Source of the DNA: Catajapyx aquilonaris
Taxonomy: Eukaryota
NCBI GenBank assembly: GCA_000934665.2
Contig: JYFJ02004121.1
Span: 1 to 34,590, forward strand
Direction: 5' to 3'
Length of the DNA stretch: 34,590 nt
Positions 1 to 10,666 of this stretch are shown here, piece after piece; the stretch's first letter is position 1; each line of letters starts with the position of its first letter. Below the pieces are notes generated by a model. The model was given only the letters and a program-made list of their open reading frames with translations. It was not told where the DNA came from and made no database searches. Both the position numbers and the translations under genes were made by a program.

Positions 1-98
1 GCAGCGATGCTCCGATGGTGCTCTCCCAAATAGAGGTGCCCAATCTGCCTCTCCGTCGCCGCTTTAGCCGCCTGGTCCGCCAACTCGTTGCCGAGTGG
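1..98 (-). pseudogene. Non-LTR retrotransposon RNase H C-terminal fragment (continues off window start)
   Basis: Minus-strand translation PLGNELADQAAKAATERQ matches the GNExAD.xAK motif that ends RNase H domains of I/R1-group elements; not in the ORF track. Confidence 0.75.
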
Positions 99-123
99 AA
101 GTCACGTAACCAACCTTACCTAG

Positions 124-399
124 TGAATCACATGCAACATTATGGACAAAGCCAGAGTTCCTGCACTTGACTCGTATGGAAGGACCTGATGGAAGGCATG
201 AAGAGGAGGCCTGTGGGAAAGAGGGAAGGGAAGGGCATCAATCCCCCAACCATCAAGAGATCCCTTGCGGGATACTGGCGGGGACAACGTGAGGGTAGCA
301 GTTGGGAAGAAGACCCATGGGCCTGTTTGTCGCCATCGTTCAAGATGACTAGACGTCCTCGTTCCTGCCTGGGTGATTGCTCAAAGAATGAATCACATG
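124..399 (+). mobile_element. Short retroposon-like insertion (135-388) with 11-bp target-site duplication
   Basis: TGAATCACATG at 124-134 and 389-399 brackets a 254-bp GC-richer segment ending in AAAGAA; family and orientation uncertain. Confidence 0.5.
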
Positions 400-730
400 G
401 GTAATTTGCATGGGCTGGTTGGTCATGTTTCTTCTGTATCTGTGTCGATTTATGTCTGCAACTTGGAGGTTCTAAGATTCAGAGGTTCTGGGCAATTTCA
501 ATATTTTGGGCTATTTCCATCTGAAAGATGCAATGGGCAGATCACCAAACTGTTTTGTAGTTGCAATGCTAATAAATGCAGTAACTTGCAAATTGCAACA
601 TAGCATTGCTATACTTGCCATGTGGAAAGCACTAGTTTACCCTGTAAGAATCTGAAAAATTCATTGTGTAATAATTATTATTGGTGCAGGGATTATAAAT
701 TTTATATCAACATCAAAGTGGTCAACAACA

Positions 731-870
731 TAGTGGTGGGTAGGGATTCCGCTAACTGCTAATAGCGGAGCTAACTTTTCAGTTAGCTGATTAGCATTTT
801 CGCTAACTTTGTGTACCGTTAGCGACCCAGTTATCTTCCTCTAAAAACTCAATGTAAGTCCGTTAACTGA
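731..870. mobile_element. Probable DNA-transposon (hAT-like) terminal region
   Basis: Dense cluster of GCTAAC/GTTAGC/TTAGC motifs in both orientations after TAGTGGTGGG, like hAT subterminal repeat arrays; no partner end found. Confidence 0.4.
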
Positions 871-904
871 TGCCAACAGAGGCCAAGAGAGCCACCCTCT
901 CAGA

Positions 905-1180
905 TGACAACTTTTATAGGCTGATGACCAGTTCTACTGTGACGGTGTGCCAAAAAATGTAGAGGTACCACCGATGGGAGAGATAACTACTAGTTGCTGT
1001 TACACAGTCACGCTCATCTGCCCTCCCCATGAACATATTGTCCTTGAAGGCTGCTGGACAGCTCACATTAATATAATCGCATATTTTTATTTTGTCCCCT
1101 CCACTACGGTTAGGGGATGAGGTGGTCTGAACCTTTTTTGTTTAATCCATCTTTGGGGATACACTTCAACTAGGTCCCCA
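905..1180 (-). pseudogene. piggyBac transposase C-terminal fragment (degraded)
   Basis: Minus frames read INVSCPAAFKDNMFMGRADERD (cf. CP..I..YN..MGGVD..D) and then SHRWYLYIFWHTVTVELV (cf. WY..IF.H....VNAW), the conserved piggyBac third-Asp region. Confidence 0.7.
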
Positions 1181-1935
1181 TAGAATTTTCACTGGTTTAG
1201 CCTAGTTGCAGCCACCATTTGAGACAGCCAGATGTTTTTCAAGGAATTTTTAGACCTTGACACAGGCAGGAAATTGGTTCTCTCTTGTCTGGATGATGGC
1301 CTCCAATTGTTGCAGGACAAGTTATGTCCTTACCCTGCACGTACAACTGAACCAGACAGCAGTGGCAGAGGCAAGGCTGGCACCAATTTATGTGTATGAT
1401 CAGTGAACTACAAGCAATTCTATGGAGTACGTGTGACAGTTCATTGTTGGTTCATTAGAAAGTGACTCCAATCGAGGTGTATTAATGCTGTAATTTATGT
1501 GTCAATTCCTGTCTGCCTCTCAGAGGTTCCAAGGTTGTTCAGAGGCCCTGGGTTGGTCCATTTCTGTACAAAAGAGGCAATAGCCAGTCCACCCATTTTA
1601 CAGTTGCAATACTAGTAAGTGCAACAAGTTCAAAGTTGGGGAATAAGCAATTGAAGACATTGGTGCAATAAGTCCTTAAGTCCATTGAAGTGAGTTTGGA
1701 GATATTCAACAAAAACTGTTTATCTTGGTTCATGACAATCTAAGGACAACTAAAATTTTGTATGTCATAACAGCCCCTATTACCTTCACAACTGGATATG
1801 TTTGACCGATTTCAAAAAAGTAATGGTTTTGCAAAAAAATTAAATAGGAAGTGGAGTTACCTTGTTATTGCACAAAAATTTTGTTTCATACACCACAAAG
1901 CTTTATTGAATCTTGCCACACACCTTACAGCTTCC

Positions 1936-4468
1936 TTACACATCATCCTCAGCATCTGAGTCATCACTCTCATTCTCATCTTTCGAATTGACAAGTTCTT
2001 GGTAGTACCACATGTCACATTCTGGTACATACTTTTGCGCCAACTTCATGACATCTGCATATTTATTTACATTCAGGGGCAAGGGCCCATTGTAGGCCCG
2101 CACAGGTTGTATGTCACAGGGCTTGTGAATATTCCTCTCCAACACGAAATGGCAAGGAGGAACATCTCCTGAATGTGATTCAGACACATACACCTCATGA
2201 TGATGGCTCGAACTCATTTCAAATCTTTTGTATTTTGAAATAGCAAACACCTCTTTCCTGCTGTTCTTAATGGTTTTTTTAAAGAAAGGAGCCAGAGATG
2301 ACTTGTAATCCAAAATCATATCTTGCGTCACTCTTTCAACTACAAACTTTTTGCATGCCTTTGAAACCAGTTTAAACCACTCACTAGGTGTGTACAATTT
2401 ATCTTTTTTGCGCTTTTCCTTTTCTATGAGACCAAAAGACCTGTCGCATGGCAGATAACTGTGACCTCTTTCAGCACAAATATGTTGTCAAAACGACTTT
2501 TCTTCACTTCCTGAAAGAGATACTGGAGCACAGTGCTATTCTTATTTTGTGCAGCACAGTTGTCACAAAATATGTATAGGTCTCGTACGGAACTGCTCAC
2601 GTGATGATGTAGGAAGTGATTCAAAAATGAAACAGACTCATTGGGAGCCTTGTGACCAACAGTCTCGTCAAACATGTACATGATAGATTTTCCTGACTTG
2701 CCAGAGCAGAAGCACTGGTTGTATACCCAGAGTTGTCGAGCATAGAACACTTCAGTTGTTGTTAGTAGTGGCACTGGTAAATTTTGCTGATAATCAAAGG
2801 ATATGCATTCCACCCTATCATCAACTTTGCTCAATGCCAACTTGGCCTTAAGATCAGTGTAAAAAGACTCAGCTTTACGCAAATGAATCTTCCTCTCTAA
2901 CTCTATGGCATTTTTTTCCACATCAGAAATGTCAGAGTCCAGTTTCTTTTCATACACATCACAATTCATGCAAGTGTCACTGCGTGGCTTTCCAAAGCTG
3001 TATTTAAAATGTGTGATAAAATACCTGTAGTAGAAGTCATATGACACTACAGGCTTAATAGTTTTTCCACATTGCTGTAGCAAGTACTGGTCTGGCTCAT
3101 GCTTCTCCAGGTACAAACTGTACATCTTATTAATGCTGAGCTCTCAGCTCAGATACTTCACCTTCAGGTTTTTTGCTCTGCTATAATGAGAGGTTCTAAC
3201 TGGAAATCCCCTGATGTGGGAATCTATTTGAGCCTGTATGGAGTCTTCTATCTTGTTAGGACGATTGGTGTGTTTGCCACGTTGATCCAAGGGGCTTGCA
3301 ATGTTTTTTTGATGCATACTTAGTCAGACGCTCCACTCTTCCCGCACCAATGCCATGCAGATGGCAGAACGCCACCTTGCATACAATGACCTGCTTTGTG
3401 CCCCCCGATGGTATCTCCACCTCATCGTGGTGGTGGGGTTTGCGTTTCTCCCGTGACCCCAAGAGCTATGCCGGCGGTAGCTTCGTCTACTGGTAGGGCC
3501 TCCCAAGCCGGACAGGTCTTTGGGATAGGAGACAGACTAAGAGAGATACCAGTCTTTCCTCTCTTCTTTTTCCTCTTCGTTTCTCTCTCCATCTGTCCCA
3601 CCTTTGCTTCTTCTACAGCCAGATAGCCACAGTTGCTTTGGCTTCTTCCTAATAAACCAAACCAAACCTGCTTTGTGGAGAGTCTCATCTAAAAAGAGTT
3701 GGAAAATTACATGTGTTAAATAGCTAAATATATTGTACTGCTCTTGTTTTAGCACAGTACCATTTTTGCTATGTTAGGCCTACATCATAGGCTACCTACC
3801 TCATAGTGGTAACTGGCAACTCTCTGGCATCTCTCAGATGTTCCTGTCTCCTCAGCAGTCCCACCTCCATTAGCTGGAATCTTGCAAGGTCTCCGCCTAA
3901 TGACAGACAGCAAAATAATACCCACAAGAAAATAACGAGACAATATTACTTATGGTCCAAGCATATATTTTTACCTCGCAACAGGTGATGCTCTGATCAA
4001 TCCCGTAAGATAGGCATCTTGCACGTTCTTCTCCGCCAGTTTGTTGAATGTCTCGATTATGTCCTTTTTTTCTTCTCCCGAGAACTTGGTCATGCATTTC
4101 CTCCGACAGTTGCAAGGAGATCCCGTTTTCCTCCTGGGCTGCAGCTTTCCGGTGGTGCTGACATACTCTCTTCCACATGCGATGTTCTTTTTGCGAACGT
4201 TTCTTTCCCACTTCCTCTGTTGCCTCACCCGCTTCTTCCCCTTTCCTGCTGAGGAGGACTCGTCACTTGAAGTGTCGGTATCATCTGGTGGATGGTACTC
4301 TTCATCCATGTCTGTTACACTGCTCAGATCACGCGAGCTAGTACTTTGGCGCAAGAACCAGGTAACTCCTGGAATTACCAGGTTATTGCCCCAAACAACC
4401 TGCTGTTGTAAGTGAATCCTTGCGCCACGAAGTGGAGAACTGTGGTAGTTGCATTGTTCTTGCACCAA
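1936..4468 (-). pseudogene. Sola1-type DDD transposase gene, intron-containing, frameshifted and SINE-interrupted
   Basis: Motifs CxCRRKC, VCKVAFCHLHGI, FPVRTSHYSR, FGKPRSDTCMNCD, SFDYQQNLPVP, FYARQLWVYN, CDNCAAQNKN, GHSYLPCDRSFGLIE, YTPSEW. GT-AG introns 3897-3974 and 3689-3799 join PVAR-RRPCK...YHYE-MRLSTKQV in frame. Frameshifts near 3305 and 2470; minus-strand AATAAA at 1901-1906. Confidence 0.8.
3401..3665 (+). mobile_element. Chimeric non-autonomous retroposon (SINE): RTE-like structured 5' head plus I-group-like 3' hairpin, AATAAA and (CCAAA)n tail
   Basis: Perfect 12-bp TSD ACCTGCTTTGTG at 3389-3400 and 3666-3677. Removing the insert restores the transposase codons KQV-IVCK. Head closed by TGGTATCTC (3409-3417) / GAGATACCA (3543-3551); AATAAA at 3651-3656, then CCAAACCAA. 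Confidence 0.85.
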
Positions 4469-5064
4469 AGTGTGCCCTGTACCACATAGATGGCGTAGGT
4501 GGTCTTAACTAAATTTGTCCCAAAATTGGAGTTAAGGACTTCTTGCACCAATGTCTTCAATTGCTACAGCACCCTTATTGTTTGTCGTTGTTTGACCTTC
4601 CATCCTTCACCATGTAGGAATACACCTGCGCAGAGAGAGACTACAGGTAATATTAACCCCTGATTTCTCTGCAAGAGTTCAAGTTCTTCAATGGAAGACT
4701 TGGTGTTTGTTTGTATCCTTTTATTTAGTCCAGGGTCGGCCTGCGGCTCGTGCCGCTTGGCCAACCTACAATTTTTTGCTAAACCTAGTTACACCAGCAC
4801 ACATAATACACTACTACAATACCATACAACACTACAATTTGGAGGACTTGGTGTATAGCGAATTTATATCATGCAACTGTGGTACTATACAGTAATAGAG
4901 AAGACAGAACATGCCATTAAAATTGTGCACATCGTCCCCTAGATTCTGAGGTGGCTTTCTTAACCAAGGGTTAGTTGAAAATCAACGAAATGCAAAGTAA
5001 TCTCCAATGCATGTTGTTGGCTTCTAATAGTTGATCAAGGATGTAGAGCACTCCTCAAAAAAGA

Positions 5065-5174
5065 GTGTAAACCAGCTCTCTAATCCCCACCCCGGCTCTC
5101 TGCGGTTCTGCACTGCTCTCTCCGGCGCTCTCCCACTGTCCTCGGCTCACCAGCGAGGGTGTACACCAGCTCTC
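5065..5174. mobile_element. 78-bp GC-rich insertion between 16-bp direct repeats (probable truncated retroposon 3' end)
   Basis: GTGTAAACCAGCTCTC (5065-5080) and GTGTACACCAGCTCTC (5159-5174), 1 mismatch, flank 5081-5158. Confidence 0.45.
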
Positions 5175-5701
5175 CAAAGTGATCATTGCTTTTGTAACCA
5201 CTTCCATCATGGAAAGCCTTATGATCATGTAAAAGCTCCCTCATGATTTTGGGTGAAACTTAGTATTTCGTTAGTAGAGAGAGCATGGGTATGTATTGGT
5301 ATGATACTCTTGCCTCTGATTGCAAATACTGTGCCACATGACTTATCACTTTTACAACATTTGCCAGAACACGATTTGCTATAGTGTTTTGGTGGATACC
5401 ACACTCAGCATCTCAGTAACTGGCCACTTAGGGCACAATTACATAATTGCTTACCTTCTGATTCCATTTCTTGGGCAATGTCTGTCCACGCTGATTGAAT
5501 AATTATTTTCTATGTGGACTTCATGTACAGGGTATCGCTGGCTGCTGAGCCACAAGTCCTATGAGTTTTTCACAGTCTGTTATTCAAGACTTCGCACAGC
5601 CATGGCTGAAAGGATGATCAAGTTGGGCTGGGTAGAGTGGGAGTTATGTTACATGCTTCCCCCATTGCATAATATGTGGATATCCCATATGGTATGGGAA
5701 A

Positions 5702-5810
5702 CTACGACTCGAACGCTGCCTTGAGGTCAACGAATAGTGCATATAGTTTCTCCCTCTTCTTACTGAGTCTATGCTGCACCAATGAGTTCAGTATAAATTG
5801 ACCAATCTTG
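5702..5810 (-). pseudogene. Non-LTR reverse transcriptase fragment
   Basis: FILNSLVQHRLSKKREKLYALFVDLKAAF matches the FVDL.KAFD RT subdomain 3 of non-LTR elements. Confidence 0.75.
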
Positions 5811-6129
5811 CTTGGCAAATCATATCCATCAGCAGATTGTCGGGCATGCTTTTCCCTGTTTTTGTCACCGATTGCGAAATTATTCGGGATATGAAATTTC
5901 CTGTTTAATAAACCTTGGGGTAAATAGTCTGGATTTGCCATCCATGCTTGTTACATGTGCCTCTAACTCGTTAAAACGTTCTGAACATTGCATCGCATGA
6001 AAATGGTATGACCTTGGTTCATTGCTGTGTGTTTTGTTACATTACGATGCTAAGATGAGCAGCCCTGCACAGGTATAGTGAGTCAAATACAGAAAATACT
6101 GGCTACTTTGTTCATAACTCCTTTACCTC

Positions 6130-6875
6130 CTATTTTAGGCCTTTATAGTCATTGAGCACTTTGATATCTATCATCACTTGAGCTAACATGTATTTCTCTG
6201 TCCAAAACTGGTCATCTTCGATCACAAAATTGTTTATCGATTGGCCATAATCACCCAAGCAATCGTCCAGTTGTTTGACCCCAGTTATACTTCCTTGACG
6301 GACTTCTTGGGCCTTTAGCCACATTTGGTGACCCCGCTGTGTTTCTGCGTCTTCACCTTCTGGGTAATGTAGTGGCAGGTAACTTATACAGCCATAGCTG
6401 CTTTATTAACCTTCTTCCTCTTGTCATCACTGGCCTCCTGCCCATCCTCCTTCTCAGCACTTTGCTCCAATGCAATGGCTTCCTCCGCTTGTTTAAAGTT
6501 GGTCCCTTCTGCCTATTAAGGTACTCGAATCTTGCAACCACTTGGTTGGTGAGGGATGTTGCACCATTCCCAATGACGCTGACATTGATTCTGTCTATGA
6601 AGGACTCCGGGTATTCTTGTAAATTCTTCATGCAAACAGTGTTGAGCTGGTTCTTAGTGGGCTTCTGACATATGGCCTTTGTCGTCGCATATGATCCGAA
6701 CCATTTCTCTTTTGTAACGTGGTTGCGGACGCTTTCCAGACTTGCAGTCATCCATAAATGATGGGGAAAATTTCTTCCATGGCGGAGAAAAAGAAAGGTG
6801 TCCCTCCCTGATCGATTTTGAGGTGCTCGCAACAGCAGGTACCACTGTCTGCTGAGAGGTGACCTTGTGTGTCAA
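6130..6875 (-). pseudogene. SAMD3-like accessory protein fragment of animal EnSpm/CACTA-type transposons
   Basis: Frameshifted pieces FSPPWKKFSP...SGKRPQPRYKREMVRIICDD and QEYPESFIDRI...IGNGATSLTNQVVARFEYLNR resemble this family's RP..R.MVR and YP.SF.D..G.G..SL..QL..R motifs. Confidence 0.55.
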
Positions 6876-7081
6876 ATCTTGACCAGTTCAACCTGTGAAA
6901 GCAATAACACTGATTGGGTGACAGGTAACATTCGTTTGGGATGCATGGCGTAGTGACGAATTTTTAAAATTCCTACACCAATGCTGGCCATCTGCTGACA
7001 TAAGGTGAAGCCTATGTGAATAGGACATATAAAGTGCTACAAATCTAGTGGCCCCCATGATAACGTTCCACCTCTACGAAC

Positions 7082-7385
7082 TTACAATAGTACGTCTAAT
7101 TCATGGGCTGAGAGATGCTGCATGATGGTGGTGGCCAGGGCTGGGGCCGTCACATCTTCCACATGTACGAACTCAATGAAATCCTTCCGGATCACTGTCT
7201 TCTCAGAAGAATCGTCCACGTGTGGAACGCATAAGGCTAGCTGTCCATGTCTACAAACGTCTTGTGTTTCATCGGCAAGCACAGTAAAGAATCCTGCTTT
7301 TTTATTATTCTTTTGACATGTTCATCTTGAATCACATTGCCGCATATCTCGATCAATTCATTTTGAATTTGATTATTCAGATCCT
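7082..7385 (-). pseudogene. hAT (ZMYM1/DUF4371-type) transposase fragment
   Basis: QIQNELIEICGNVI, then after a frameshift GFFTVLADETQDVCRHGQLALCV...IRKDFIEF: the first catalytic Asp region of hAT transposases. Confidence 0.8.
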
Positions 7386-7886
7386 GGATTATGACCGTTT
7401 GGTCTCCTTGTTGACACACAGATCGTTCACCGTTTCATTCAACTCGATCAAATCGTCCCTCACCTTACCCGGTTTCAGAGTCCGTCGCTCTTCAAATCCT
7501 TTCAGGGACGTGGTAATTGGGCTCGTCATGCTCTGTTGGATGTCCAGTTTAAGGTCCAACTTTAGCTCTTCAAACAGCCGCTTGATGATGTGACAGGATT
7601 GGCCGGGGTATGTAGGTAAAACACGGAATTCCAAAAACTCTGTATTTACTCTAGCACTCAACATAATAATACAGGAAGGAAAACATAGATATAGGAAACC
7701 CTAATTTGATGTTAAATTCATGATTGAATACATGACGGTAGAAGCGGTAGCTACACTTGAATACACAGTTTTCTGCATTATACCTAGTACATTCTGTGCA
7801 TTTTTCAAAGGTTCAGTTTCGCGTCTAAGTACCGCTTGTTAGTTGCCTTGGCTCTGGAATAATGTGACTCACGTGCTTTAAAGCTA

Positions 7887-8161
7887 CACTGTTAAAAAGG
7901 ATGGAGCCAAATGGCACAATTTAAGGGTGCCAGCCCATGTCCCACCAGCAGCACCCTTAATGGGGCCGATTGTCACCCTTTTTGGGGGGTGACAATTGGC
8001 ACCCTATGAGGAAGGTGACAAAAGGCACGACATGGTGCCTTTTGGCACCCCTTGTTGAACTTGGGCAAGGGTGCCAGTTGTCACCCAAGGGTTCCTTTTG
8101 GTTCCCTTCTGCACAATGATAAGGGTGCCAGTTGTCACCCAAGGATTCCTTTTGGTTCCCT
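7887..8161. mobile_element. EnSpm/CACTA-type terminus with subterminal repeat array
   Basis: TA then CACTGTTAAAAA at 7887; many GGGTGCCA/TGGCACCC/TGTCACCC motifs in both orientations; 41-bp direct repeat at 8067-8107 and 8121-8161 (1 mismatch). Lies just downstream of the SAMD3-like gene. Confidence 0.6.
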
Positions 8162-8454
8162 CATAAATGATTGTTCAATTTAAAAAAGACTGGTTTAGGA
8201 ATGACTAATTTGGAGGAAAATGCTTTTAAAGAATGTAACCCTTCATAAAACATAGCAGAAAAATGCATACGGTACGTATTTTGGATTTGCAATTCGTAAT
8301 TTTCTACCTATTTCGTAGATCGTCGTTTGGTTTCCGCACTTTAATTATGTGGAATATATACCATGTAATGTAATGCCTAAAACAAGACGCTGGAAAGCAA
8401 CGTTTATGAAAATTACATTTGATTGAAGTGGAAAAATGTGTTTCTTGGACCAAC

Positions 8455-10666
8455 TTATACTTTATTAAAAAGCGTCATAACGCTCTTGGGCACATTCTTC
8501 ACAGAATTTTTTTTTAACACGCAAGTGTCAAAGAAAATCAACGTTTTCTTGGTACTCTGGTTGTAGGAGATCCCAAATACCCAGTATAATGAAAACCAGA
8601 GGATTATAGCCGTAATCCCATTCTTCACTTGCAGAATTTCCACCCCATCTAAGTAGAGTGTGTAGATGCTGTCCATGTCAAAGATGGTGGTGTGAGTGGA
8701 AACTGTCATGGCCGGATAAGGCGATGTGGGCTGCATAGTCGCCAGTACTTTTTCATACAAGCAGAGAGGGATCATCATCAAGTTGAAGAACGCCTCATTT
8801 TCTGAAATGTTGAAAAATGACTAAGTGATAATAATCAATGGATAAAACAAACTGTACCATCTGTTGCTACGGTCACTTCATATGCTTGTTTTAGGGGATG
8901 TGACCGTAACTTCAACTTGGCACTTGATGCCAATCCAGCCCCATGCCGTCGCAGAAAATCAATGAGTCTTGAGGGTGGTGATCCCGTAGATCCCGGCTTC
9001 TTCCAGCAGCTCGAATATATTGCATGAGAAATCAGGGGTTTAGCGATATACATCTTATAGTAAGAAAGGCATAATACAAACGACTGATGACATTATAAAA
9101 TAGTTCATACCTGTTCCTCCATCTTCAGCGCCGGGTACTTCTGCAGTACATCTTTTACCGAGTTTTCCCGCATGAACTGGGTCCTGGAGAAGCGTGTCCT
9201 GGCCATTTTGTCTTTGACAATCTTCATGTCAGGCACTCGAGATTGGCACTGTTCTGTCATCACCTTCTCATGATGTGCCAGGGTGCTGGCATCTTCAGCC
9301 TGAATTGCATCCTAAAATGAATTACGATCAGAAATTGCCAACCAGTAACAACTGAAATATGCACTGCATGCAAATATGCACTGCATGCACGTATAAAAGT
9401 AGAAACAAATGTCTCACTTCTACAGGTGCCTTATAACGAGCTTCTAGAACAAGTGGCTCGTTATCCGGCAAAGCCTCCTTCGTCTTCTTCCCCCCATGCT
9501 TTTGTCTGATCACTTCCATCTCCTCATTCGCAACAAGCTGGCAATGGCGGCTTCGAAATTTTTTGAATTTGTCTTGTAGGCTCTTGCGCCACAGTGCCTA
9601 TAATAGTTTCATGGTATGAAGTACATAGAGAGACACTCAAGTGCAAAGGATCTAATGACCAACAGTGCATGATTCAAAATAGAACTTGCGTGTGGTTTTG
9701 CATTTAGGAATGGTTTCCCTTTCAAATGTGGGTACCTGTCTACAAGCTTTTCACTTGCCTGTTCGTACATTCTTGCAGATGGGTAGCTATGGAAGAGGTA
9801 ATAGCATATGTATTTAGTTTGCTTATACTGTATAATGTCGTTCACTGAAATTATTTTAGCAATCTATTGTGCCAGAAATCTATGGCATACATGGAAATAA
9901 TAGAAACTGAAGGGGTGGTCACTACTGCTGGAAAAGCGCATACAGAGCAGTTTCTGAGCATGCAGTGTTGAAGCCTTAATGCTCACATGTCGTATCTGAC
10001 CAAGTCATCGAACAACGTCTCAATAATTTTGAGACGGCACTTCCCATTCCTGCTGTCAGGGTGTCTCTTATCGAGCAGGTCTTGCACCCAGTCTGGAAAT
10101 TGCGGCAGCCCATAAATCCTGGGGAAATCATCTCTGAAAGGTACAACATTTCAAATATAGACATATGTAAGAATTTGATGTCACATATGGACAAGATCTA
10201 TAACATACTATAGTATTTTAACAGTGACATGTATTGGCTTACTTTGTCAACTTATCACCAACTGCTCCAGTCGCTTTCAGTACTGGTAGTCGAAGTGATG
10301 CCTCGGGTAGGGTGATGATGTCCCTGTTATCAGCCTCATTTGTGTCCCTCACATCAACTGTCCTATAATTTATGACAGAAATATTGTCAAGAAAGAAAAA
10401 AATCATGTGTCCACAGTCAAGCATTCACTTACTTCACGATGATATCTAACTTTCCGGCATCTGCTGGAATGTCATCTTCCGCACCCAGTTCGACATCAAT
10501 CCAATCTCCGAAGCCCTTGTGCCATGATTGGAGGATGATGTCAGGTGCTGCAATGTTGAGGCTGAAGCGTGATGCAATGGCTTCCTTCAGGCTCCGAATT
10601 GAGTGCGTCCCTTCAAGGTCAAGGCCCTTTTTCGACGTGCCATGTGTCACATGAAAGGTCCTCTTA
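8455..10666 (-). CDS. Spliced SAMD3-like protein (EnSpm/CACTA accessory gene), 8 exons, about 506 codons, start exon not found
   Basis: Exons 10666-10433, 10362-10243, 10133-9987, 9786-9690, 9597-9418, 9311-9111, 9053-8858, 8801-8455 join in phase with no internal stop (one GC-AG intron). Motifs YPS..Y...L..RYPHL, WRKSLQDKFKKFR, VLQKYPAL, FSLYWVFGISY...KKTLIFF. Confidence 0.7.

Noticed and set aside
3401..3462. GSREKRKPHHHDEVEIPSGG as part of the transposase
   Set aside because: It is the antisense read of the SINE head; the true exon continues from MRLSTKQV on the other side of the TSD.
8067..8161. 41-bp repeats with a spacer as a CRISPR-like array
   Set aside because: Only two copies, 13-bp spacer, eukaryotic context, no cas genes; explained as transposon subterminal repeats.
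10216..10226. TTTTAACAGTG, reverse complement of the CACTGTTAAAA terminus at 7887
   Set aside because: Lies inside an intron of the continuing SAMD3-like gene, lacks subterminal repeats and is not followed by TA; probably an AT-rich coincidence.
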